Assembly: GCA_963793305.1 (NCBI GenBank)
Contig: CAWBZV010000002.1
Location: forward strand, 448,001-512,000
Direction of reading: 5' to 3'
Source: an uncultured Gemmatimonadales bacterium
GTDB taxonomy: Bacteria; Gemmatimonadota; Gemmatimonadetes; Gemmatimonadales; Gemmatimonadaceae
DNA length: 64,000 nucleotides
Shown here: piece by piece, positions 20,812 to 30,776 of the stretch
Numbering within the stretch: the first letter of the stretch is position 1
How the letters are laid out: the number at the start of each line of letters is the position of its first letter
The notes under the pieces: generated by a model
Told to the model about the DNA's origin: nothing
Seen by the model: only the letters and a program-made list of their open reading frames with translations
Databases searched by the model: none
Program-made: the position numbers and the translations under genes

Positions 20812-21045
20812 CTACGCACGTACTTTGTGCGCCTGCGCCTTCACTAATTGAGCTAGTACGCGCAGCGCTGCATTCACACTCTCCGGCGTGTGAAACACTT
20901 CAGCAACGTCATCGTCGAGCCGTACGACGTTGGTGCCGGCTGCGAACTGAGCGGCATGCTTTCCCCTCACCCCGCCCCGGAAGTCATAGTGGTCCCGCGT
21001 TTCGTCGCCTGGCGGCGTGGCCGCCTTTTTAGCGTCCTTCTTCAT
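20812..21045 (-). CDS. BrnA-like antitoxin
   Basis: YDFRGGVRGKH...VRLDDDVAEVF...VNAALR; overlaps the toxin 3' end. Confidence 0.8.
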   Translation of the reverse strand: MKKDAKKAATPPGDETRDHYDFRGGVRGKHAAQFAAGTNVVRLDDDVAEVFHTPESVNAALRVLAQLVKAQAHKVRA

Positions 21046-21322
21046 AGACTCTCCGTTCGTCCGGATCCGGCGTCCGTGCACTAATGATGCGAACTACGGT
21101 TGCCTGCTGCCCCTCTGTCTCCGTGTAAACTACCACGAGCAGACGCCCGGTGCTGGACCGCCCGATGTCGACCCAACGCGACTCGCCAATCGAGTGCCCT
21201 GAATCGGGAATGGTCAACGAGAGGGGGTCGCTCAGGACAGTCGCGGCTTCCACAAACGTGACGCGATGCTTGCGGACGTTCTCGGAGGCCTTCTCTGGGT
21301 TCCAAGCGAAGCGCAAGTCCAC
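21029..21322 (-). CDS. brnT: BrnT family toxin
   Basis: FAWNPEKASENVRKHRVTF.EA...RIISAR. Confidence 0.9.
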   Translation of the reverse strand: MDLRFAWNPEKASENVRKHRVTFVEAATVLSDPLSLTIPDSGHSIGESRWVDIGRSSTGRLLVVVYTETEGQQATVVRIISARTPDPDERRVYEEGR

Positions 21323-21435
21323 GCGCCAATATAGCCCGCCTCAAGGTCGAAGCGACGGGCGGTATTACACGTGCGAAGCCGGACGCCTGGTCATTAGGTG
21401 TTACTCGACTAGGACAGCCGGATTCCATGCCGCGA

Positions 21436-22530
21436 CTACGTGAGATCTTCGAAGGTCATAGGGCCACCGATCCGGTATTGCACGCCCCATTCGTCCGGGT
21501 ATGGCCGTCCCATAAACGACGCAGAGGTCGTCCAGGCTTCCCGCGCCGCCTGCGTCTGGACGTCAAAAAACCAGCCAGGGCGGCGGATCACGTGGCTGAG
21601 GTCCCACTCCCACGTCACATAGCGCCCCGCGGTGTACTCGGACACAGTTGGGAATACCTGGACGCTCAGGCGATTCCCTTCGTTGTCCAGCTGGTCGAGC
21701 ATCACTGCTCCGCTATCGAGGAGAGAAGTCATGGTATTGTCGCTATATACAGCCACCCGGCCCATCGCAACTCTCACGTAATTGCGCTTTATCTCGCGGA
21801 GTTTGAGCAGAGTGTCTAGCCCGAGATCCGACGCGGAGACGGCGACGCGGCGAACAACACTTGCCCCATGAACGAGTGCGTTGCGGTTCTCCAGCACGAC
21901 ACGGACTGCCCGCTGAAGATCGCTAGGGATGACGCTCTTCGATGCCAGGACAATCGATAGGTCGGTGGCACTGTAACTACTCCAGGCACGGCCGGGAGGC
22001 AGATACCCGCCATTCCCCGCGATTATTATCAGCTCGATGCGAATTTGCTCCGCCGCCCAGAGCAGCCGCTCTGCCTTATCAACAGGCGGTGTCAGATCGG
22101 AAACCTCGGAGAACTGCGCGGTCGAGCCGCTGGCACTCGCGTCTTGATTGGGCGAGCTAAAGGTGCCCGACCCTGCGAACACGCCCTGCGGCGGCGATGG
22201 CGTCAGTACCCGGACGTCCTCTGCTCTGACGCTACCGAGATCTTCTTTCGCCCTCTCGATCTCGCGCCTGCGGCTTGCACTAACGCCGAATGCCTCGATC
22301 TTGTCGATATCAAGCTTATCGAGGTCTACCAAGAGGAGTGCAGCCGCGACGCCGAGTAGTCCCAACGACGTCCCATCGATCGCGAGAGCCGGCCAGACGA
22401 CGTGTGCCACTGCGAGCAGCGTCGCGACAATAACGACTACCAGTTTGACCCACCGACGCTGACGACGGTTGATGAGGGCGCTATCGAATTCGGCATCCTG
22501 CGATGGAGGGTCTTTCGCTTCAGAAGCCAC
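21436..22530 (-). CDS. Two-TM protein with HEPN-like RNxxxH motif
   Basis: Two N-terminal TM helices; helical region containing RNALVH. Confidence 0.7.
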   Translation of the reverse strand: MASEAKDPPSQDAEFDSALINRRQRRWVKLVVVIVATLLAVAHVVWPALAIDGTSLGLLGVAAALLLVDLDKLDIDKIEAFGVSASRRREIERAKEDLGSVRAEDVRVLTPSPPQGVFAGSGTFSSPNQDASASGSTAQFSEVSDLTPPVDKAERLLWAAEQIRIELIIIAGNGGYLPPGRAWSSYSATDLSIVLASKSVIPSDLQRAVRVVLENRNALVHGASVVRRVAVSASDLGLDTLLKLREIKRNYVRVAMGRVAVYSDNTMTSLLDSGAVMLDQLDNEGNRLSVQVFPTVSEYTAGRYVTWEWDLSHVIRRPGWFFDVQTQAAREAWTTSASFMGRPYPDEWGVQYRIGGPMTFEDLT

Positions 22531-22550
22531 GATGGGATTGCTCAGTTACT

Positions 22551-22730
22551 ATGCGTGAAGACCTGCGTCTCCGTTACGCCACTGAGGTCCGCAAGGACCT
22601 TGCGCACCTGGGCGGCTGGAAGGATCCCGCAACGATCCTGAAGTGCTATCGGAAGCCAGACGAAGCGACGCAACGCGCCGCGTGGGGGCAGCGGCAAACG
22701 CCGCGCACTAGTGAGCTCGCACCGCGCTAG
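22551..22730 (+). pseudogene. C-terminal remnant of a tyrosine integrase
   Basis: LRLRYATE..KDLAHLGGWKDPATILKCY resembles box II with the catalytic Tyr; abuts the arm repeat and att core. Confidence 0.75.
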
Positions 22731-22812
22731 CAATTTGACACTAACGCCCCGAGCGGCGCAAGAAGAAACCTCGCCCGACGTTGCAACGCCAAACGAGGTT
22801 CGAGTTTTCGAG
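22731..22812. repeat. Cassette end A (arm AATTTGACAC plus hairpin with CGTTGCAACG)
   Basis: Homologous to 33701-33797 and 16547-16594. Confidence 0.85.
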
Positions 22813-22814
22813 TA

Positions 22815-22846
22815 TGGGCGAACCTCCGACCTCTCGCTTATCAGGC
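22815..22846 (-). repeat. Degenerate att core: tRNA-Ile 3' half with a 12-nt deletion
   Basis: tgggc[cgaggaggagtt deleted]gaacctccgacctctcgcttatcaggc. Confidence 0.9.
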
Positions 22847-22990
22847 TGGAGTCGAGCGCTGAGGACCGCCGAAGACCATTGGAGTTCGGATGCGGCCCGG
22901 ATCTCCACGTCCGTGTTCAACTGAGAGCCGTAGTGATCGCTGGCACTGCCTCTGACACTGTTCGGCAACGCAAAAGCGTTGCTGACTGGA

Positions 22991-23443
22991 TCAAGTCGGC
23001 GGAGGATCTCCCGGCCCGATTGCCGCTGGACCAGGCGCGGGATTGAGCCGTATCGAATCCGCGTCACTCGCTGATCCCACAATGCTACCAGTCGGAAACG
23101 GCAATGGCCTCCGGTATTGCACGGCGATCTCTGTCAGTCGGTCCAATACGGGACCATCCAACATCGCATTGTCAAGTTGGATGTTCACCAGGGCGAACTT
23201 GTCTGCGGATATACTAACAGACGGCAGCACCTGGGTGCGCTCGGGCCCGTGGTGCCAGTATCGGCGGCACGCTGTAATCAGCACGCCCGCAAAAAGCGTG
23301 GCGCCAGTGTAAACGAGCACTGGATAGTCGGGCCGGCCAAGCCACGCCATGACAAGGGATCCAGCCGCGAGGACTCCGAGCAGGACGTGATTCGAAAGAA
23401 CGCCACCCGTCAACCTTAGCTTCACCCAGTCAAGGCTACCCAA
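22991..23443 (-). CDS. Hypothetical two-TM protein
   Basis: Two hydrophobic helices; start overlaps the upstream gene stop. Confidence 0.65.
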   Translation of the reverse strand: MGSLDWVKLRLTGGVLSNHVLLGVLAAGSLVMAWLGRPDYPVLVYTGATLFAGVLITACRRYWHHGPERTQVLPSVSISADKFALVNIQLDNAMLDGPVLDRLTEIAVQYRRPLPFPTGSIVGSASDADSIRLNPAPGPAAIGPGDPPPT

Positions 23444-23894
23444 TTGTCACCAACCCGTCTGGAGAGAAGTTGGGGTTGAAGACTGCAAACTGACTCAGGC
23501 CGTAGAAAGTGTGGAAGGCCTTGAGCACGCGTAGGGCGGGGTCGCCAAAGAAGAGCGCGCAGCCGACTATGCGGCACGCGTTGAAGGCGAACAACCCAGT
23601 GTTAGTGTAGAGATGGCAGCCCTCGAAGCAACAGTTCGTAAATGAGTAACCATTTAGCTCGATCTTGACGTTCTTGTAATACTGGTTACGTACATTGCCA
23701 CCGCCTTGCGCTCGGAGTTTCGATCCCAGGGTACTTGGCCCAGTAGGGGACAACGAGGGCATAAGGTGCGCTAGTTTGGGATCTTCCGGCGGATAAGCCA
23801 TGAACTTCAGTCCTTGCAGAGATTTGTTGGGGATGGGCCCGCTCACCGCTCCGAGTGCGGATCGTACGCGAGGGCGGCCGCTAGTCTTCGTCAC
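23436..23894 (-). CDS. Hypothetical protein (start uncertain)
   Basis: ORF with a YSFTNCCFEGC stretch, between the ATPase and TM genes. Confidence 0.6.
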   Translation of the reverse strand: MTKTSGRPRVRSALGAVSGPIPNKSLQGLKFMAYPPEDPKLAHLMPSLSPTGPSTLGSKLRAQGGGNVRNQYYKNVKIELNGYSFTNCCFEGCHLYTNTGLFAFNACRIVGCALFFGDPALRVLKAFHTFYGLSQFAVFNPNFSPDGLVTIG

Positions 23895-25415
23895 TCAAAA
23901 GAGCAGACTCCACGTTCGCTGGGGCATTGCGCCACAGGTCTTCAAAGGCCGCTTCGTTTAGGATTGGTGCAGATCGCATTCTTTTCTTTCGCATTCGGGT
24001 CGGCGAGGTCGAGCTCAACGAATCGCCCTTGAAGCCTGCGCATGTGCGCGTAGCAGCCGATGTCAATGACGAACGCTTGAAAAGTACCTTTCTCTGATTT
24101 GTGGGTCAGCGCAGAGCCGGCGCTGTGAATGATGCGATAGTCGAGTAGGCGATAAATCAAGTCACGAATCTTGTCTCTCTGCTGCATCATTTGCTCAGGT
24201 ACGAACAAGATGTTCGTGTGCTTGTCGATGCAGAATTGGCGGATAACGTAAATGCCGCGGACGAGCGTGTCCTGTTCGCCGCCCTCCGAGTCTTGTTTAA
24301 GCTCTTCAATTCGATGCTCGAAGTTCGAGCGGCTCAGTATGCGGATGTCATCCTTGCCGATCCTACCGTCTGATTCCTGAGCGTTCTCGAGTACTTCGAT
24401 GAAGAGAGACAGTGTATCGCGCGGTACACCGCCGCCAGCAAGCACTAGTCGCCTGAATCCGTCGCCCTTGAATAGATCGTCCACCTCGTCTTTGTCCATG
24501 CCGGCAAGCCTGCCAAACTCATATAGAATTTTCTTGTTCTGCTTTTCCGTTTTCCTCAGGTCGGCAAGCGTGAAATCAATATTTATCGACTGGTAGTCGT
24601 GCCGTTCCTGGACACCGGTCGGCTGTCCCTTGCGATCAGCATAGAGGCTGCTCACATGCCGCAGGGTGGCAATCTTGAAATACAGCGGCAGGTCTTTGCA
24701 GAGTCGATGGATGTAGTCCATCACGAACGGTTGGTCGACGCGGCGCAGATGGTAGAAGTCATTGACTTGAACAAGCACAGCCTTTACGTGCTTCGAAAGC
24801 TCGAAGAATTCACGAATCTGATTCTTGAGTTGCGGCAACCAGCCATTCTAGCTCACTTATTTTTCTCTCCGCTTGCTTATAGGTGCGCTCCAACTCCATT
24901 CTCGTCGCATCGCTCGTGCTCGCCTCGAATTTGGCGACTTTACTCACCAGTCCAGCGCCGACAGAGTCGGAAGTCTGAGACACGACCGCCTCGCGGACAT
25001 TCTCGTCGCGCTCGTCCGGGCGTCGCTTCAGCTCTTGCAGACGACGCCGGATCTGACCGATGATCTCTTTCGATCTCTTTTGCTTCCCGAACCATGAGGT
25101 TAGGTGTTTTTCGAGTTCCGCGAATACGGCGTCCAGTATCTCAACGAGAACATTCGGAAAAGAGTGCTTCTTGAATTCTTCGCAGTTGAGGTATACGCGC
25201 TTCGTCCCGTCAGGGAGTATTCTCCCTGAGTGATGCAAGAGAAGCGTCTTGCCGCATCCGCGACGAGCGAAAATCGCGTGATTCTGACGCGCGACGACAT
25301 CTTCAAGGGCATTGGAAACGTCGATATATGGGATAGGCTCAGCACCACCTTGTTGTACACGGAGGTTCTCCGTGATAACCCGACGTAGTTTCCGGAGTTT
25401 TTCGCTCTTGCCCAT
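23881..25415 (-). CDS. P-loop ATPase (AAA+/STAND-like), split by two +1 frameshifts (~24846, ~23979)
   Basis: Walker A ARRGCGKT; AGGGVPRD; three ORF pieces join to about 510 aa if one base is removed at each GAATG. Confidence 0.8.
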
Positions 25416-25874
25416 AACCGCGCGGTTGAGTGAGAGGCCGTGGCAATGATGCGGCCGTGGCTAAACAACCCTGGTTGTCTCGTTGCAAGTCTACACATGA
25501 GAGCGACTGCCGACAGAGCATAATCCTGACACGATCAGCCCAAATCGTGACAGCAACGTCCACACTGTCAGATGCAGCGCGCTCGGTGCTAAGGCCGAGG
25601 GGAATTCCTTGACGCGGTCCGGCGGCCGAGTTGCCATTATGCCGCTTCGGTCTCCGCGAGCTCGCTTATTGCGAGGCCATGAACTCGCATCGAGGTGTGC
25701 CTTTCTCGCTTTCAGCTGAATGCTTTTCTTCTCGGCTGCGGTCAGTCGGATTACAAGCCGCTGGTTGCGTAGCCCTACTTCATCGCATTCGTGCTGGCGA
25801 TGCTCCTAGTATGGGGTTGTTCATTTCTCCGGAGACTGGTTATGATCGATTCGTAGTCTACTAGGAGCCACTCG

Positions 25875-26642
25875 ATGACCAAGGAGGAGGCGGTCGCCAC
25901 GCTCGATGCTGCTCTCGCAAGAGTCGAGACACTTCGTTCGGAGCGACTGCATTCGGCAGCCCACGCTGCGTTCATGCAAAGCACTGGCTTGGACTTAGCC
26001 CGGATCTTCGGTTCGCAGTCGGTAATTTCGATCAACTTCGGGGCAATCGATTATCAGACGACGGGCCAATACCTGGCCAACGTGCACAACTTCGAAGCTC
26101 AGCTTGAGCGTAGAAAAAGAGAAGCCTACCTGCGCGGGCTTGATATTGCAGAAGGCATCCTCCGCTCGGCTAGGGAACAGCTACTCAGTCATGGCGTAGA
26201 CAGGATTCTGGCGGCGAGTCGAATACGTTCGGACGGAGCAAAGGTGTTCATAAGTCACGGCACGGAAACCCCCGCTCTTGCCAGAATCGAGCGGTACGTG
26301 CGAGCGCTGGGGCTCAATCCGATCATCGTTGGCCGTGAGCCGAGCGAGGGAATGGCAGTCGACGATCTCGTCGAAAAGCGCATGGGAGAAGCTGACTGCG
26401 CGATTATCCTCGCGACGGCCAATGAAGAGGTTGCCGGTCGTAAGCAACCACGTCCGAACGTCATTCATGAGATCGGACTTGCCCAAGAGTTATTGGACAA
26501 CAAAGTGATCTACCTGAAGGAGATTGGTTGCGACTTTCCGTCGAACGTTGGCCCGAAAGTATGGGAGAACTTCACTCAGCAGAATCTGGAGTCTGCGTTT
26601 GAGAAGATCGGGAAGGAGCTAAGGGCCTTTGGGCTGCTCTGA
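25875..26642 (+). CDS. TIR-like nucleotide-binding domain protein with N-terminal helical domain
   Basis: KVFISHG...LGLNPII...AIILAT...PRPNVIHEIG...PSNV; RBS AGGAG. Confidence 0.85.
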   Translation: MTKEEAVATLDAALARVETLRSERLHSAAHAAFMQSTGLDLARIFGSQSVISINFGAIDYQTTGQYLANVHNFEAQLERRKREAYLRGLDIAEGILRSAREQLLSHGVDRILAASRIRSDGAKVFISHGTETPALARIERYVRALGLNPIIVGREPSEGMAVDDLVEKRMGEADCAIILATANEEVAGRKQPRPNVIHEIGLAQELLDNKVIYLKEIGCDFPSNVGPKVWENFTQQNLESAFEKIGKELRAFGLL

Positions 26643-26725
26643 CTGTCGCTCTTGTTATCGAATCAGCGCCACACTGGGGTCGGTTGCCACTGCTTTTGTC
26701 ACTGTCCGAGCGCCGCGCATCTATG

Positions 26726-26760
26726 AAAAATCCCCGAGCGGTCCGAAAACCGCACGGGGA
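26726..26760 (-). terminator. Rho-independent terminator downstream of a tRNA 3' copy
   Basis: TCCCCGTGCGGT-TTTCGG-ACCGCTCGGGGA-TTTTT on the minus strand. Confidence 0.75.
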
Positions 26761-26774
26761 CGTATTTTCGGGTA

Positions 26775-26819
26775 TGGGCCGAGGAGGAGTTGAACCTCCG
26801 ACCTCTCGCATATCAGGCG
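26775..26819 (-). repeat. att core: tRNA-Ile 3' 45 nt, one substitution (26810)
   Basis: 44/45 identical to 33800-33844. Confidence 0.95.
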
Positions 26820-26953
26820 CGTCTAACTGACCCGTCAACTCCGACATCGCATCGCATTTCCCTCTGACAGCACGGCAATCCGCCCGACTCTGAGCGACGC
26901 AACGTCGGAGCTTGCCGGTCGAATTTGACACCAGATTTGACACCAACGGGCTC
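26820..26953. repeat. Cassette end B (Ile family 1), second copy
   Basis: About 80% identical to 16642-16775; ATTTGACACCAGATTTGACACCAACGGGCTC fully conserved. Confidence 0.9.
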
Positions 26954-27355
26954 AACCACGAATATCTACCTCCGCTCGCAGTTTGGACGCTGCCCGCCAC
27001 CGACGACTTGCAGTGCAATTCTCTCAGTACATCCGTGGTGCGCCATTCACCTCGGGCGAAACTGCTCGCGCACCACTAAGTCGGTTGTCGCGTGACGGTA
27101 ACTAGCCAACGGAAGGCCTGCACCGCTAGCACGACGAGTGCAACCTACATCACTATGTTAGCGCCCTGCCGGCGAGTAATGCCACAATCGCCGCTGATAA
27201 CCGTCCTTGCATGCGTGATGTCAGCCGCTGTCCGTCTCTCCAACTGAGCGTGAGCACTAGATCGGCGATATCCGTTTCCCTGCCTGATCAGGATGCAACC
27301 TTCTTGCAATTGCGATCGCTGAATGACTCGGCGTCCTTGGCAGCGAAGCGTGCGT

Positions 27356-29747
27356 TCATTCTGACGACAGGGTTCGCACGGGATCCAGGCGACTCGCACG
27401 GTACGCCGGCGCGGTACAGGCGGCGACACTCACCAGCAGCAGCGTGACCGCGCTCGCCATCAGCGTAAGAGGATCGATGGTGGACACGCCGAGCGCGACG
27501 GTAGCCATTGCGCGCGACATCGCCACCGAGCCGATGACGCCGGTGACGATTCCTGTTCCGGCCCACCGTAGTCCCTCTCGAAGGACCGCGGCCAGGATTT
27601 CACCACGCTGAGCGCCGAGCGCCAACCGAATACCTATTTCGCGCGTCCGGAGGGAGACGAGATATGCGAGCAGGCCGTAGGTCCCAGTCGCTGCCAGCAA
27701 CAGCGCCGCCACGGCGAAGAAGAGGAAGACGAGCATGTCGAATCGCGGCGCGCGGAACTCCTGCTCCATCATCTCGGACATGGTTCGCACGCTCCCCGGC
27801 ACGAGATCCCGGTCGACCATTCGCACTCGGGCACGGATGGTGTGAGCGAGGCTGCCCGGTGGTAGACTGGTGCGCACGACGAAATACGAAAACGGGCGCG
27901 GCCGCTGGCGGTTGGACCAGTATAGCTGGGGCTCCGTCGCCTTCCCGGGCTCGACCGGCGCGACGTCCCGCACCACGCCGATCACAGTGAACGTGGCCTT
28001 TTCCTCGCGCAACGTGATCCGCTTGCCCACCGGATCCTCGCCCAGCCAGTAGCGCCGGGCAAGCGCCTCGTTGACGAGCGCGACGAGTGGCGCGCCGCCA
28101 ATGTCGCGACCGTCGAAATCACGGCCCCGCATAATCGGCACACCAAGGGTCGCGAAGAACCCCGGGCTCACGTCGAACCAACGAACCGATGTGCCGACGG
28201 GCGTCGTGCCATCGAGACTCACCTCGTCTGTCTCGAGTCCGCCAAAAAGAGGCCCCCCGGACGCGGAGCCAGCCGCCGCGACACCGCTCGTGCTGCGCAG
28301 CGCCCTCTCCACGCGATCCCAGAGGGCCGGCACTTGACCCTGAGAATACTTCTCGTCGGCGAACAGCGAGAACGTGAGGAGATGTTGCTGTTCGAACCCG
28401 GGGCTCCAGCTCGTCAGCGCACCAAACGACCGCGTGAGCAACCCGGCGCCGGAGACCAGCATCGAGGCGAGGGCGAGCTCGCCGATGACGAGGATCGGGC
28501 CGATGCGACGTCCGCCGCGGGAAGCCGTGCGGCCACCCTCGCGGAGCAACTGCGCGGCGCTCGTGCCCACCGAGCGGACGGCGGGGATGAGACCGAAAAT
28601 GAGCGTCGTCGCGACCGTCAGGATCACGGCGAAGCCGAGCGCCACACTGTCGACTCGTACGTCCTCGAGGCGGGGTAGCGAAGCAGGTGACATCGCCTTG
28701 AACGCGTGGGTCGCTCCAGTCGCCAACACCACGCCGATCCCCGCGCTGGCCAGCGCGAGGACGAGACTCTCCACGAGGAGCTGGCGCGCGACCCGTGCGC
28801 GACTGGCCCCGAGTGCCGATCGAAGCGCCATTTCGCGCTGGCGAGCGGTCGCCCGGGCGAGCAGCAGGTTGGCCACGTTCGCGCAAGCGATGAGGAGTAC
28901 GACGAACACTGCAGCCAGGAACAGGAGAAGGATCGTGCGGAACGTCGCCGACTACGAGGTCCTGCAGAGACTCCGCGGTCAATCCCCACCCAGCCGTTGT
29001 CGCGAAGTGCTCGCGACGGATGGACGCCGCGATCTGGGCCAGTTCCGAACGGAATGCGCTGAGCGACGCGCCGGGGGCGCGCCGCCCATACGCGACGAAC
29101 CCGCGCCAGTCGCGCTGCGATTCATCCCGCGGATCGATGTGAATCGGCCGCCACAGCTGTACGCTCTCGAATTTCGGAAGGTTGAACTCGCGCGGCAGCA
29201 CGCCCACGATGGTCACGGGCTTGCCGTCGAGTACAAGCGCGCGGCCCACAACGTCTCGCGAGCTACCGAATCGCGACTGCCACATCGCGTACGAGAGCAG
29301 CGCGACCGTGCTCTCGCGGCCGATGAGATCCGACGGTTCGATGAGGCGGCCGAGCGCCGGCCGTACGCCGAGGGCGCGGAACAGTCCCGGCGTGGCCAGG
29401 CCCCCCAGAATCGACTCCGCGCCGTCCGCTGTCGCCAGGTGGTAGGGCCAATCCCGGGCGATGCCGATCGCCTCGAGTGTCCGGGATCGGGCGGCGAGGT
29501 CCTCGACGTTCGGGGGAGAGATGCTGCACCAATCCGCGGTCGCGCCCGGATATTGCTCGCACACGGTGACCAACCGGTCGGCGTGCGGAAAAGCGAGCGG
29601 TCGTAGCACGATGCCGTAGACGATCCCGAAGATCGCGGTCGTGATGCCGATCCCCAACGCCAGCGTCAGCACGGCGGCGAGGCTGAACGCCCGGTGCGCA
29701 AGCAGCGTCCGGGTTGCGTAGCGGATATCCAACACGAAATCGCGCAT
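27356..29747 (-). CDS. Duplicated-domain ABC permease (MacB/FtsX-like), +1 frameshift at ~28941
   Basis: AAVLTLALGIG, LLIACANVANLLLARA, RTREIGIRLALGA; the join restores VGDVRTILLL. Confidence 0.88.
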
Positions 29748-30090
29748 GGTGCCGCCCAGTCAAGTGGACTGACTCACGAACGCTCGCAATCAGCGGGCCA
29801 TCACAACATTGGCGCAACGCATACCAAGTTGGTTCGGCTCGGCAGCTTACGCGTGTCAGGATTTCCCTTTCCGACTTTCGCGTGCGCGGCTTCGGGACCC
29901 CTTGTCCGACTCCGGACACGACGCCGTGCGTCCCAGCGAATAGTCGGTATTCCGGTGCTAAGCAGCGACGCGCTAGCTACGCGCGACCGGGTAACGAAAC
30001 GCCCTGACCATGATGAGCGAGGAGTGCAAGTTGCGAGAACGTGCGGTTAGCGCGAGAAACGGGTCCCGCTCGCAATTTTTTGCAAATCAA

Positions 30091-30134
30091 TCGGGACGGC
30101 GGGATTTGAACCCGCGACCCCCTGAACCCCATTC
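30091..30134 (-). repeat. att core: 3' 44 nt of tRNA-Pro(GGG)
   Basis: GAATGGGGTTCAGGGGGTCGCGGGTTCAAATCCCGCCGTCCCGA; no 5' half present in the window. Confidence 0.9.
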
Positions 30135-30260
30135 GGTTCTCGGGTACGGTATCAACTACCTAGGATGGCGCCGTTCAGAGGGAAAACCGGGCGTCGGGCC
30201 CGATCTTCAACGCCGAAATGTCGGTGGTTGCCGGCGGAAACGGGCCCCCAAACGGGCCCC
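30099..30260. repeat. 162-bp repeat, second copy
   Basis: Identical to 19482-19643. Confidence 0.95.
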
Positions 30261-30304
30261 CGCCCGTTAACTCACAGCCGTGCGCGTCGACGGCGTGCCT
30301 GCAA

Positions 30305-30625
30305 TCAATCTGAATCCGCTCGGGCAAAGCGGATCACTTTACCGTCAAATGCGACTGCCAGTATGCCTTTGTCCATGGAATATCGGTTTCGCTGCCGGCG
30401 AGGCATGCTAGGCTGGTCGGTCTCGATCCATTCACCACTCGCGCGATAGGTTAGCAGCATGATTTGATCCTTGCTGTGCTCATGCACCGTGTATATCAGC
30501 GTGCCGTCGGCGCGAAAGTCCATCGTGACATCACCAAAAGATCGCCCTCCGCATTCGTCGTTTGGGTCCGATCGCCAAACGCCGATTAGTCCATCCTGAG
30601 GCTTCCGTCGAAATCCAAAAATCAC
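30305..30625 (-). CDS. Small hypothetical protein
   Basis: LIGVW...MDFRADG beta-rich pattern; RBS GAGGG. Confidence 0.65.
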   Translation of the reverse strand: MIFGFRRKPQDGLIGVWRSDPNDECGGRSFGDVTMDFRADGTLIYTVHEHSKDQIMLLTYRASGEWIETDQPSMPRRQRNRYSMDKGILAVAFDGKVIRFARADSD

Positions 30626-30776
30626 GCGCTTACCCTCATGTCACTACGGCGGCTGAATGGGCCCTGGTGCCGACGAGGCGAGGACAAAACAAGCTGCTGC
30701 GTGACCCGCTGCATGGCATTTCCGGGTTAATCAAGGCGAACCTCGCGGCTTCTCACCGTGACCCAACGTCCTTCGG

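Larger units (their letters stand above)
16597..22846. mobile_element. Integrase-less tRNA-Ile cassette A
   Basis: Bounded by tRNA-Ile 3' copies; end B on the left, integrase tail plus arm plus terminator on the right. Confidence 0.8.
22815..26819. mobile_element. Integrase-less tRNA-Ile cassette B (second end family, TGnCACTG arms)
   Basis: Flanked by tRNA-Ile copies; 12-bp-spaced TGnCACTG pairs at 22941/22953 and 26685/26697. Confidence 0.7.

Noticed and set aside
26572..27018. ORF sharing REVGGSTPPRPI with the N-terminal extension of 16124-16669
   Set aside because: The shared peptide is the translated tRNA-Ile fragment, not a protein motif.
29760..30060. Integrase remnant for the tRNA-Pro end
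   Set aside because: No convincing recombinase motif in the frames I read; only an inverted repeat (TTGCGAG/CTCGCAA) and one AAACGGGTCCC.
16597..30134. Extra tRNA genes at 16597, 19482, 22815, 26775 and 30091
   Set aside because: All lack the 5' acceptor strand and D-arm; they are att-type 3' fragments.
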